Below are positions 14,408-29,591 of a stretch of DNA of 64,000 nucleotides, in pieces; position 1 is the first letter of the stretch; each line of letters opens with the position of its first letter. A model generated the notes under the pieces. That model saw nothing but the letters and a program-made list of their open reading frames with translations. It had not been told where the DNA came from and searched no databases. The translations under genes were made by a program, and so were the position numbers. The stretch comes from the human T2T-CHM13v2.0 reference genome, Homo sapiens: the NCBI RefSeq assembly GCF_009914755.1, contig NC_060934.1; one strand, given 5' to 3'.

Positions 14408-15506
14408 TTAATGTTTAGGTTGTTTAAATCCGCCAAGGGCTGTGTCTATCTAGCTCGGGCCGAACCCCGCCAGCGAGACACTAAGAGACCGCAGGAGAGG
14501 TGGCCTCTGGCCCACCACACCGTGGAACTCCAGACCACCCCAGCTCTCCAATGTAGTGGAGACCCTTCCGCTAGCCATCGAAAATAACTTAAGTCACTTA
14601 AGCTGTACTTGGGATAATCAGGTTATTTAATGAGGTGATAACTGAGGTGACTACAAAAGAAAAGTCTGGGATTGGGTGTGTGAGCAAGGTGCATGGGGAC
14701 AGTGGTATGTTCTAGGTTGAAGGCTCACCCTAGGCCAAGCACCGTGGCACCTGTTTTACAATATCATAACTTTAATATCACATCCTTGCAAGATATGTAG
14801 CTTCGTTTTACTGAGGAAAGCTCAGAAAAGTTAAATAACTCGCCCTTGGGCACACATGACTGGAAAGAAATTGGGATTTTTATTTTAGTAAGTAAGTTGG
14901 TCAGGCACAAGGGCGACTCAGCAGAGGGAACTTCAAGGAAGTGTGAGACAACAGCTGGAGCCCTGAGCTGGGAGAGTGGAGGACGAATTATAAAGAGTTT
15001 TATGCCTGCCATAATGAGAAGCTTGTCCTTGAACTTGAGGGCAATGCTGAGAGTGCAAAGGACTTTAAGCAGGCCCTACACAGTGGCAGCCAAGCAGGTC
15101 ATAAAGAGCAAGATGATGCCCAGGCAGATCAGGGATTCTCTATCTACAGAGCGTCCGCCTACCAGCTCCTTCACAGCAGCGGATTTTGCTGCAAGAGAAG
15201 AGGCAGCAGGCCAGGCCTTTTCCTTCGCCCACAGCGCCTACGTCGAAGGCTCCCAGGCTGGTTGCTCCACTGGCTGCTTGAGGTCCCCTCTGTCCAGACC
15301 CGCCGAACTGGCGGCCGGTGCTGTGGCCGATCCCGCGCCGCTGCCTCGGGCCTTGGGGGGCAGCGCCACCCGGCCAACCCGCCTCTGCAGCGTTCCTGGC
15401 GTCAGCCCCTATCCTCCAGCTTCCTCCGCCCCAACCTAGGGTAGAACCCCAAACTCCAGTCCCAGTCCACTTCCACAGCTTCCTCCCCTCAGCATGGCAG
15501 GTCGGA

Positions 15507-15557
15507 TCACGTGCGGGTTCTGTCACGTGACATCAGGTCACGTGAGGCCGGTCACGC
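15507..15557. promoter_or_regulatory. Cluster of three CACGTG E-boxes (CLEAR/USF type) plus a GTCACGC variant
   Basis: CACGTG at 15508, 15524 and 15539; TGTCACGTGACA perfect palindrome 15521-15532; GTCACGTGAG 15537-15546; GTCACGC 15551-15557. Confidence 0.8.
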
Positions 15558-15649
15558 CCCGGGCAGCTTGGCTGGGGCTAGGCTTCCGGGGCTCTGCAGT
15601 CCTCGGCGTGTGCTGGCAGCTTCGGAGCCCACCGAGCCGGGCGGCTAGG

Positions 15650-15652
15650 ATG
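15650..15652 (+). CDS. WASHC2A: WASH complex subunit 2 (FAM21) exon 1, coding part is ATG only
   Basis: GGCTAGG ATG|GTGAGG donor; joined to exon 2 gives the [12 protein letters not shown]-terminus I recognise for FAM21. Confidence 0.85.
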
Positions 15653-15748
15653 GTGAGGGCGCCGGGCAGGAGAGAGGCCGGCCTGGGCTGGGGCCGCCGT
15701 CCCTGCCGCCCTCAGGCTCAGCTTCTCTTCTCGTTTTTTTCGCTGCAG

Positions 15749-15871
15749 ATGAACCGGACGACCCCCGACCAGGAGCTGGCGCCAGCGTCGGAGCCCGTGT
15801 GGGAGCGGCCGTGGTCGATGGAGGAGATCCGCAGGAGCAGCCAGAGCTGGTCGCTGGCGGCCGACGCGGGC
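15749..15871 (+). CDS. WASHC2A: WASHC2 exon 2
   Basis: CAG|123 nt|GT; [41 protein letters not shown]. Confidence 0.93.
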
Positions 15872-16374
15872 GTGAGAGGCGGGCCCCGGGGACGCGAGAG
15901 CGGCAGGGGTGACGCTTGGCTTGCGCGCAGGAGGGCCGGACCGCGACTGCCCCTGCACCTGGCCCGTCCCGTTGCCTGCCCTCTTAGGAACACACGCCCC
16001 GTTTAGCCCCCGAGAATGCCACCCTGGCAGTCCCCGGCCACCAGGGAGAGGGGCAGACACTGACCGTGGCCCAGACGCGACGTTCCCTTCATGGGGTTTC
16101 TGGCTCAGCTCCATCCGGAGGGGAGATCCGTTTCCGCCACACTGAGGGATTGCTCGGGCACTAGGGAGGCGATTCCTGTTGGGACCTGGACTAAATGGGG
16201 TGGGAAACAAGCCAGTATGTGGATATCCTTTAATGGGATTTTTCAAATCGGGGGCCCAAAAAGCTCAGAACTGTTGGAGTCCCAAATGAATAGGATTTTT
16301 GAATAAGGGTGGTGGTTGATTAGCTAACCCTTGGTCTGTGATCTCTGTAGATTGACAACCAAAGAGGACTTTTA

Positions 16375-16658
16375 AAAGGAGACAGGGTTTTGCCCTGTCG
16401 CCCAGGCTGGAGTGCAAGTGGCTTGATCTTGGCTCACTGAATCCTCTGGGGTTCAGGTGATCCTCTCACCTCAGCGTCCTGAGAAGCTGGGACTATAGGC
16501 GTCCACCACACCTGTCTGATTTGTTTATTTATTTAATTTTAGTAGAGATGGGGGTCTTGCTATGTTGCCCAGACTGGTCTGCAACTCCTGGACTCTAGCG
16601 ATAACCCTGCCTCAGCCTCCCAAAGTATTGGATTACAAGCGTGAGCCACCATACCCAG
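16375..16658 (-). mobile_element. Alu (J-like)
   Basis: Diverged antisense dimer in intron 2. Confidence 0.85.
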
Positions 16659-16788
16659 TGCCAAAAAGGGATTTTAAATTTTTCCAGAAACGAGATAGGT
16701 GTCCATTAGCTCACTGCCACTCTTTTGATGAGCTTTCTTAGTGTTTTCCAATGTCACTTGGTTTTAGTACTTGTCAAACCAGCATTCC

Positions 16789-17073
16789 AGCCGGGCACAG
16801 TGGCTCACACCTGTAATCCTAGCACTTTGGGAGGCCGAGGTGGGCGAATCACGAGGTCAGGAGTTCGAGACCAGCCTGGCCAACATGGTGAAACCCCGTC
16901 TCTACTAAAAATACACAAAATTAGTTGGGCGTTGTGGCGGGCACCTGTAATTCCAGCTACTCGGGAGGCTGAGGCAGGAGAATCGCTTGAACGCGGGAGG
17001 TGCAGTGAGCCGAGATGGCGCCATTGTACTCCAGCCCAGGCAACAGAGTGAAACTCTCTCAAAAAAAAAAAAA
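16789..17073 (+). mobile_element. Alu (S-type)
   Basis: Sense dimer with poly-A ending ~118 nt before exon 3. Confidence 0.9.
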
Positions 17074-17190
17074 GCATTTCTTTCACATTCTAACACTCAA
17101 AGGTGAAAGGAAATGGGTTCTTTTTTGATGTGACATGCAGAATAGTTACATGTAACATTGATACTACTGTATGTTTATTTTTTAAAATAG

Positions 17191-17355
17191 CTACTACAGT
17201 TTCTACAGGAATTCTCACAGCAAACTATCTCTAGGACCCATGAAATCAAGAAACAAGTGGACGGACTAATTCGGGAAACCAAAGCCACAGATTGTCGCCT
17301 GCATAATGTCTTCAATGACTTCCTTATGCTCTCTAATACCCAGTTCATTGAGAAT
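17191..17355 (+). CDS. WASHC2A: WASHC2 exon 3
   Basis: TAG|165 nt|GT; [55 protein letters not shown] (conserved FAM21 head region). Confidence 0.95.
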
Positions 17356-18366
17356 GTGAGTTATTTAGTTATATTATCATTCCTTTTTTGGGAGTAGGAG
17401 ATATTGTAATTTTAAATAACTTACTGTTAGGTTCCCTCCTAAATTTTGGTGGAAGTGTGGTTCTTGGTAATTGTAGCTTTTTTCTCTGGGATTAATACCT
17501 CTTTTTTATTTGTAAAGTTTTAAGTCCTTTTTTCCAAGCCTCTAAAAAAGTCTAATGATAACATTTTCTTATACTTCGGTGCTTCCATCTTTTGTCGTTT
17601 TGAGAGTAGTCAGCAATTGTGCTGAATTTTGTGGCACTCACACTGCCTTTGTTGTGGCGTGATCTGTAAGGACAGCTGTTTACCTGGTTAGACCCTCTGG
17701 ACACCAGCATATGGTTTCACTTGTTGATTGGGGTCATTCTGTTCTGATAAATTATATTCAGGGGATATATATGTCTGCTTGCAATACTCTCAACTAAAGT
17801 TTATGATGGCTGAACTTACAATATGGAATCAACTGTAAACAGATTACTGAGCTTAAATCTATGTGTGATTTTTGTCTATTTACTGTTTCTTCTAGGTGGT
17901 AGGAATACATAGGTAAATTAGATAGAGCCTCTCCCTTGGCAAATAGTATAATTCCAGCATACAAAGGAAGTAAGTATGGCTGGAGCAGAGTGGAGACTTA
18001 AGAGATGAGGATGGAGAGGAAGCTTAGGTAACAGACCTGTGTTTCTCATAGGGTGTCCCAACTTTCTGAATATCAGCATTCATTTGTGGAAAAAGGATTA
18101 TTAAAGTAAGCGATCTCCTGAGATTGTTAGATATAAAGTAATAAAATTTTCAGAATCACAAAATTATTTAAAAAGCCCAAGATTTAGAATAGTTAAGAGA
18201 ATGCCATGTAGTCAACTTGTGCAGCATGTTTGTGCATTTTTTAATAGCTGGAGTTAAATGCCACTTCCTGTCTTTTTTTGGAGAGCTATATATAAAATAA
18301 AGACATTAATAAAGGTGTTAGAGATCTCTTTGCCAGTTATTTCCTTTAACAGCAAAGGAGTACTTA

Positions 18367-18691
<325 letters not shown>

Positions 18692-18712
18692 GTATTCAAG
18701 TAAAATCAGTAG

Positions 18713-19247
<535 letters not shown>

Positions 19248-19551
19248 AAGGGAAGTTTACTTTGTACCCAGTGTGCTTGTACCAGATTGGTACTAGATTG
19301 GTACCAGATCAATACTTCAGTGGGAAGAAATGGGGAACATCATACAATTTTTCTCAATCACAGTCTTAGGTCTTATCTTTTCTCCAGCTCTTTTCTAGCC
19401 AAGTTTTCGTAGATTCTGAGTTTTCCATGTTGTAGTTTTTGTGGAGTTTTTTTGGTTTTGTTTTATTGTGTTTTGGTAATTGTTCTTTATTTCTGTCCAA
19501 TACTGGGGATTTCCTGTTTTCCATCCATCTCTCCATCCCTTTAGCCTTAGC

Positions 19552-19893
19552 TTTTTTTTTTTTTTCTTCCGAGACAGAGTCTTGCTCTGTCATCCAGGCT
19601 GGAGTGCAGTGACACCATCTCGGCTCACTGCAACATCCGCCTCCCGTGTTCAAGCAATTCTCCTGCCCACACCTCCCATGTAGTTGGGATTACAGGCTCC
19701 CGCCACCAGGCCTGGCTAATTTTTTTTCTATTTTTAGTAGAGATGGGGTTTCACCATGTTGGTGAGTCTGCTTTTGAACTTCTGACCTCAAGCGATCTGC
19801 CCATTGCAACCTCCGCCTCCCGGGTTCAAGCAGTTATCCTACTTCAGCCTCCCAAAGTGCTAGGATTACAGGCGCGAGCCACTGCGCTCGGCC
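19552..19893 (-). mobile_element. Alu with an internal extra right-arm segment
   Basis: TGCAACCTCCGCCTCCCGGGTTCAAGC reappears at ~19805 inside the left monomer. Confidence 0.85.
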
Positions 19894-20102
19894 CTTAGTG
19901 TTAAGTCTTGATGCCCCTTCGCCTTCCAGTCTGCAGCCAGAACTCTTCTCCGGATGTGCTGGTTGCCGCTGCCAAATCTTAATTACTTCCCAGACCTTCT
20001 ATAAGGCCACATGCTATAGGTTTTTTTAATTTGTGGCAAAGCATGATAATACTGAGAAAACAGCTAATGCTTAATAAAACTCTGAAAAAATATAGTTGCT
20101 GA

Positions 20103-20430
<328 letters not shown>

Positions 20431-20959
20431 AATCTGGCTTTTTAATGTTTTATTTTCAATCCCTGACATCAGTACTTAGGTGTTACAATTCCAGCTTGAA
20501 TTATGGTGCCATTTGGTTTCATGGTAATTTATCAGAAACATTCAAAGTCAGATAGGTTTCTGGGTCTTATTAATTAGCCTCAGGGGCAGCCACAAAGTTG
20601 CAAACTATATTATAAAGTTAGTGAAACAATCCAGACTTTCTAGGGCGAGAACAGTCAGGACTTTTTAGGGCAAGAGAAATTAATACCATTAGTAAAGGCT
20701 CAAGAGGGGACTTGGAGGGAGAAGAAATACTAATTAACATTGGCCAGTGTTCTAGTGTCTAATTAGAAGGCAACACAATTCTAAAGCCTTAATTATCTGT
20801 TAATTTAGGAATTGGATCCTGAAATAGCAAGTGCCATAGTTAATGACTTTAGTTTGTTAAATGAACTGGTGAGGGAGGATTTTTTCTTTTTAAAGTCAAT
20901 TGTTTCCAAATCTTAGCTTTGTAAAATTAAAAAAAAAATTCCAGAATGAAACAAATTAA

Positions 20960-21087
20960 CCTGTTTATGCCCAAGGTTAGAATTTTTTTTGTGAAAAGCC
21001 AGATCTTGGCAATGACCTTGAGCAGTAGGATATACATAACTCTGACAAGCTTAGTGTTCCAATAATGGGACACTAGGCATAAATTGG
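20960..21087 (-). mobile_element. MER85 piggyBac-derived MITE
   Basis: TTAA at 20956-20959 and 21088-21091; termini CCTGTTTATGCC and AGGCATAAATTGG; internal palindrome GTTCCAATAATGGGAC at 21056-21071; body matches my recollection of the MER85 consensus. Confidence 0.9.
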
Positions 21088-22283
21088 TTAATTTTCCAGA
21101 TCATCTTCCTGTTGATTTATAAAAGCTGAATTTTGGTCATTTTTCCCTCCTTTTCTACTTTTCTATTGAAGAAACAGATGGAGTTGCTGAAACTGTCAAG
21201 TACTCAGCAATTAGAGAGAAGGAGGTAAAGCCCAAAAGCCTTATTAACATATAATTTCCTGCACAGGTTTTTCCCTCTCCCCCTAGACCTGCTTTATTTT
21301 ACATAATGCCCCTTGCTTTTGACACTCCAGCCTTCTCATTCCTTGGAGATGCCATATGCCCTGCTGCTACGGGGCCTTTGCTTACATTGCTTCCTATGCC
21401 TCTACCCTTTGATTGACATCTGTCTGTCTTCTAGGTCTCTGCTCAATTATATTACTTCCTCCTGGACCCTCTGCACTAGGCACACCCCCTGGATAAAAGC
21501 AGCTGAAGCATCACATTCTTTAGTAGACTTCTTACAATTGTAATTTTACAATTATTGATGGGATTTGATGAGTTGGACCCTCCCGCTAAATCAAGCCCCA
21601 TATTTTTAACAACAAATATATTTGAGGGGTCCAGCACAAGCCTGATATTTAGGGATCCAGTGAATATTTGAATGAATGAGAGTACGCATAAATGAAAGGG
21701 GACCAGGGCTGTGTATAGTCTGTTACTCTCCAGCCCTGGTCCCTTTTTCCCCAGTTCCCCTCTTTCCCCTTTTACCCTGTCTCCCCAGATGAGGAGCAAT
21801 ACCAAAGATATTTAACAGTCCTGGGTATAGCTATCTGACTGTAAATTGATCACAAAACACATGAAGCTGTGAGTTTAGCAGGTGAGGATGAAAGAAGTTA
21901 GCATTGGTTATCTGCTGGATATGAAGTAGTTGAGGATGCATAGTCCTGCTCACCCTGAAAAGATCCCATGGGCTTTAGGTCCCATGGGTTTAGGTTTCTT
22001 AGATGTCATGTTTGGCTTTCCAGCTGCAGGCTGCTGATAGGTAACCATGGTAGCTGCCAGGTCTTAAAGTCTCACTTTTGAGATTTACTTAACTTTTTGG
22101 AGTCCTGACTTTGAAAATTACCAAAGTAATCCCTGATCTTTATAGAGCAATTAGGAAAAGTAAGAAAAAGAAAAATCATGTGAAATTTCCTCAGCTTGAG
22201 GGGAGCCTCTCAAGGTTTAGCACATATATTCTAAGTCCATTTCCCATGCAGACATCAGGCTTAAAAGAATTGAACCTACAGTA

Positions 22284-22608
<325 letters not shown>

Positions 22609-23049
22609 TCAGCTACCCCAAATTAACCAACCATTGAACTTTTCAGTGTATTTTTTTCTGTTCTTGTTTTTTAACTTTAACCTTTTCTAGATGACGGTAT
22701 GTGTGTGTGTGTGTGTATTTACATTTGCAGCCTACTTTTTTTCTTAATGTGAACTTATTTAACCCATCTTTGAGACTTTTGTGAATATAATTTTTTTGTT
22801 CTTAAACCGTATCATAATTTATTTAATAATCTTCTAATATTAAATGTTATTTATGAAATGTTTCATAAATTTCATAAATGTTTCATAAATAAATAGAAAA
22901 GTTCAGAGAGAAACCACAAGTGCTAAGAAAATGTAGCACCTAGCATCAGTGGTTTTGTATCTTGCCACATTTGCTTCAAAGGTGCCTACCCACCATATTC
23001 GTCCTTAACTCTAATCATTTTGGGTGGGGATTCCTTGGTATCTCTGCCT

Positions 23050-23222
23050 TTTTATTCTTTTTTTGTTTTTGAGACAGGATCTCCCTCTGTTGCCCAGGCT
23101 GGAGTTCAGTGGTGGAGACAGCTCACTGCAGCCTCAAACTCCTGGGCTCAAGCCATCCTCCCATCTCAGCCTCCTGAATAGCTGGCTAGGACCACAGGTG
23201 TTCGCCACCATGCCTGGCCAAC
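23050..23222 (-). mobile_element. Alu right monomer (J-like)
   Basis: Diverged half Alu. Confidence 0.75.
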
Positions 23223-23559
23223 TTTTTATTCTTTTTACCTAGAGAGGGATTTCATTTTTATCCCTTATAGATAACCTTTATTGTGTAGTTGTTCTTTTCT
23301 TCATTGACTATTATGTATGAACGTTTGTGTGTGTTTATGTGAAAATAAAATCAGGCCTCCATGGAATTGTGGGTCTGTTTCTGCCCTCTGCTGTTTGTTT
23401 TGTTTCTCTGCTGTTTGCCAGTATCATAATCTTAAATACTGCAGATTTCTAATGTCTTATTAGGGCAAGTCCCCATAATCTCTTTTTATTCAGAATTGTC
23501 ATGGTTATCAATCTTTGGCTTTTTACTTTTCTGTGTGAATTTGAGGATTATCTTTTACT

Positions 23560-23915
<356 letters not shown>

Positions 23916-24340
23916 ACGATTATCTTACTATATTGTGCCACAGAATATTTTATTAGCGTTTGATTGGAATTGCATAGAATTATAAATTTGGTATTTGTGA
24001 CTTTCTGCTGGAAATCATGATACCATGAACATTCTGATGTTTGCATTTATGATAATTTTCATGGGAGCTAAATTTCAAGAAGTAGAATTTTGGGTCAGAG
24101 GATATGATCGTTTAAAAACAACATTGTTTGATCAGATTGGCAGATACTTAAAGATGGGTGGACAGGAGCCATTGCTGGCAAAGGTTTGGGTAAGGGGCAC
24201 TTGAGTATGCTGCTAGTGACAGGGAATTCTACACATTTGTGCATAGAATCTGGGAATGACTATTAAGATTTATTTATTCCCTCTCTAGGTAAAATCCCTC
24301 TCTAGGTATATAAATAAATAATAAATAAATAATCAGTTTC

Positions 24341-24958
<618 letters not shown>

Positions 24959-25309
24959 GCAGGAAGGGTAGGAGAGCTCTAAATATATGCACTTGTTAGC
25001 TTATATTTATGTTCAGAGCCTCAGGAAATGAGCATACACACCAGGCTTAAATTGGGTATTCCAAGGATCAGGTTGGGGATAGGGAGGGAACTATTTTAAA
25101 ATACATCTCTTTTACATGTGCCTTTATATTGACTTAAAATTTTAAAAATTGAGATAGAATTCACATACCATAAAATTCAGTCCTTTAAAAAGTATACAAT
25201 TTGGTGGTTTTTACTGTACTCAAAGTTTTATAATCACGGCCACTGTCTAATGCCAGAAGATTTTCATCAGTTCATTTATATTGACTTCTTATTTCTTTCT
25301 TTTTAAAAA

Positions 25310-25618
25310 ATTTTAATTTCATTTCATTTTATTTTTGAGATAGGGTCTCACTTTTTCACCCAAGCTGCAGTGCAGTGGTGCAATCAGGGCTCACTGCAGC
25401 CTTTACCTCCCAAGCTCAAGAGTTCCTCCTGACTAAGCCCCACAAGTAGCTGGAATTACAGGTGCACACCACCATACCTGGCTAATTTTTGTATTTTTTG
25501 TAGAGATGAGGTCTCACTATGTTGCCCAGGCTGATCTTGAACTCCTGAGCTCAAGTGATCCCCTTGCCTCGGTCTCAGAGAGTGCTGGCCTTACAGGCGT
25601 GAGCCACCGCACCTGGCC
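25310..25618 (-). mobile_element. Alu (J-like)
   Basis: TSD TATATTGACTT. Confidence 0.88.
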
Positions 25619-26320
25619 TATATTGACTTTTTATAACAAGCATGTTGTACTTCGGTAGTTTTTAAAACATAAAAATGATTTTAAAAACCAAGAATCACAG
25701 TGATTTGGCAGAGCAGTGGGTCTTTTCTGGAAAAGAGAGTCTTGCCTACCCATGCTGTCAGGGTTAGTCAAATGCCCAGGCTTTCTGGCAAGTCAGTGGT
25801 AGATTTTTCTCTCTGCTTTCATACAAATGGGATAATAAAAATTTATCAGCCATTTTAAGCAACTGAATGAAAATAAGTTTTGCCTTTACCATTTTCCTTG
25901 TTCAAAATCCTGAAGTTCTAGTTTCCTAGTTGATAAATTACATCAGTTGACATTCTCCATAACCTGGGGTCAGAATACTGTATCATTGCCCATCAACATT
26001 ATTAGGTTAAATGAAAAGGTGTGAAAACTGATATCTTACTGTTTTTGCAACTCTTGGTTTACAACGAGGTTAAAGTTTCATCATGTTTCCTAGTCATTTG
26101 TATTTAAAAATTTTCTTTTTTTTTTTGGTGAATGGACTATTCTTTGCTGTTTGTCCATGACCCACTGTTACGGACACCCACCTGGTAGTGGTCTCAGCCC
26201 TTTGCTGAATAACCATTTCCTTCCCCATCTTTGTCCTTAGTTACTGTGTGAATTCTTATATTGTGATTTATTTCCAATGACGTGTTGACCTTTTAACATT
26301 GAGTTTGCTTCCATATTTAG

Positions 26321-26383
26321 CGTGTATATGATGAAGAAGTGGAGGAGCCAGTACTCAAGGCTGAGGCAGAAAAAACAGAGCAG
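26321..26383 (+). CDS. WASHC2A: WASHC2 exon 4
   Basis: TAG|63 nt|GT; RVYDEEVEEPVLKAEAEKTEQ. Confidence 0.94.
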
Positions 26384-27013
26384 GTACTTGTATAAAATCA
26401 CTCTTAGCTGAGTTTCTGACTTTGAAAAATGTGGTGGAGATCGATGTGTTATGTGGGAACTGGGGGATGGTGGGCGGGGTTGGGAAAGGGAGGGACTGCT
26501 CCTGACAGCAGCCCAAGAGGGGATTCTTTCCTTTGTTTCTGAAATGTAGTGTATTAACTAATACAGAGATCAAATCCTTGAATTCTGATATAAGAATAGA
26601 GTAGAAGTCAGCAAACTTCTTTTGTAAAGGGCCAGATAGTACATATTACAGATTTGGAGGGTCACAGAGGTCATTTTTTTCCTGTGGCTTCCTGAGTTAC
26701 AGATGGACCAGCCTTCTTCCTGAGATCTTCTCACACCAGAGCCCAAAACATAGCTAAGAGGTTCTGGGTCACACTGACTTCTTAGCACTCCAGCAGAGAT
26801 TTCTTTTTCTTCCACTCAGGAAGGCACATGGACTGTGAATAAGTTTATTATTGGAGTAGCTTTGATTTTGTTCTCATTTATTCAGAAAATATGGATCACC
26901 TGTAAAGGTTGGCCCTTTGTCAGCAATTATTACTTGTAACAGATGAAGCTGTTAGACTAGGAAAAGGGTATTCGAAACCAGCTATAGTTCTGCCTGTTGC
27001 CAGCATTTTTTAA

Positions 27014-27343
<330 letters not shown>

Positions 27344-28403
27344 AGGTTATTTTATTTTTAATAGAACTCAAGGATTTGCTAGCCATTTAAGTGCAGTAGT
27401 ATCTGGTTATACCAATTCAGGGTTTAATTTGAAGGTGATAGGTATTTAGTGTACTATTTTTAAAAACTGCTATATATTTCATACACATTTTCACAAACTC
27501 AGTACAATATTAGCTATTTAACTCAGAATCAAGCATATCCAAATAGAAAAATACACAACCAAGACAAAAAAGTTCAGTTAGAAAGACTTCAGTACTTGAG
27601 ATAAAAGACTAAAATGCTCGTAGGGTTTTTTTTTTGCCTTTGGCCCTCAGAACAACACTGTGTGGTTTGGTTCCTTCTAGAATATTTGTAGAGGGGGAAA
27701 TGACACTAAATATTTTTCGGTATTTCTCACAATGGCACACTTGTGTCTGCGGGGACTGCCATTGAGAACTGCTGTTGCAGGAAGAAGACACCTGAGGGAG
27801 ATTCTCAGCCTGTTGGTGATATGAACAAACCTTTTTTCTTGAGTGGGGCATTGTTGTAGGGTATACACAGAATAGACCGGAGATGAAAATGACCCCCTTT
27901 TGATGTAGAACAGATTTATAAAATAATTGTAATTGTCCAGTATTTTTTTTTTGTCTCTTTAAACTGTAATTGAAAAATGAGACCTCTGTGACCTTCCTTC
28001 TAAGTCTTAACACCTAAAATTACCCAAGGGATAACCAGGGCTCGTGGGATAGTCATGGTGAGTCTGAGAGTCTAGGCCCTCCAGCAGTGGGGAAACAGCA
28101 TGTATTCATTGTTGGGATACTTCTCCACACACTAGTTGTACCTCTGCTTTTGTAGACGATGACCCTTGAGCTCTGGAACCTTAGGTAGTTTGATGCATGT
28201 CCAGAAAGGGGCAAACTTGGGATTTAAAACTTGCAGTCTTACTCCAAAGTCTGTGTCAAGGCATTCAGCAGAATTTGACTTTTTTAACATTTTTAATAAG
28301 TTTTTTTGGAGCTTGAGGCTAGGCTTTAGAGAACATTCACAGTATTCTTTTGGGGCAGTATCAGTATATTGGAGACCCATACTGCATGGTATTTATTTTG
28401 TAG

Positions 28404-28577
28404 GAGAAGACACGAGAGCAGAAAGAAGTAGATCTCATTCCTAAAGTCCAGGAGGCTGTGAACTATGGCTTACAAGTATTGGACAGTGCCTTTGAGCAAC
28501 TTGATATCAAAGCAGGAAACTCAGACTCCGAGGAAGATGATGCTAATGGGCGGGTGGAACTGATCCTTGAACCAAAG
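28404..28577 (+). CDS. WASHC2A: WASHC2 exon 5
   Basis: TAG|174 nt|GT; [58 protein letters not shown]. Confidence 0.95.
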
Positions 28578-29284
28578 GTGAAGACATTCAACTTAAATAT
28601 TTATTGCACAACTATTATGTTTGGGCTACTTTAATTGGGCACACGATTAGTAAGTCATGGACTTAACCTCTGGGAAGTGAGTATGTCACTTAGTAGTCTC
28701 ACATTGACTCCACCAGAAAGACTCGCTTTACCTGAGCACTGATGGAGTACTTGTGAGGCGCAAGGCAACATGTCAAGTTGGGGTGCAAAGATGCAGAGCA
28801 TGGCCTCTACTCTCGAGGTGTGTGTTGCAGTCTGGTGGGAGAGAGGAGACATACATACGAATAACCGTTGTAAATGCCCTGAGAGAGAATTGACTTCCAG
28901 CTGGAATTTTGGGGCAAAGATGATATTTGAATTGGGGTTTGAAGGGTGGGGAGGCTCAAAAGAGACAGAGAGTGTTGGGAACCTGAAATTATGTAGCTTG
29001 GGCTAAGGAAGACTGCAGAAGAACTGAAAGGCATTTGGGTTGTTTCCGGTTTGGGCAATTATTAAATACAAATGAAGCTGCTGTGAGCATTCACGTCCAG
29101 GCTCCCTCATAGCCTAGTGAGTGTTGGTTGCTTGACACACTTTCTCCCACATTGTTCAAAGAGACAATTGGGGTGACACAGAGTCTCTCGGTAGTGAACA
29201 CAGAAAGTTACCACAGTGATTTATAGAAAGAGGCCTTGTGACACACAAGGCCTTCCGAATTAAAACATGCCACAGAACCAAACC

Positions 29285-29591
<307 letters not shown>

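Larger units (their letters stand above)
15220..16090. promoter_or_regulatory. CpG island / promoter spanning exons 1-2, likely bidirectional
   Basis: Sharp rise in GC and CpG density in otherwise CpG-poor DNA; contains the start codon exons. Confidence 0.9.

Noticed and set aside
14846-15439. 197-aa ORF upstream of the promoter
   Set aside because: Starts at TTG, has no recognisable domain, and spans the GC-rich island edge and old repeat-like sequence where long ORFs arise by chance.
15578-16246. 222-aa minus-strand ORF
   Set aside because: Antisense to exons 1-2 within the CpG island; Pro/Arg/Ala-rich composition typical of stop-poor GC-rich DNA.
19280-19312. Three 11-bp tandem units (GTACYAGATTG)
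   Set aside because: Short slippage repeat with no evident function.
20960-21087. Possible snoRNA or small RNA pseudogene (short, with terminal complementarity)
   Set aside because: TTAA duplications and piggyBac-type TIRs identify it as MER85.
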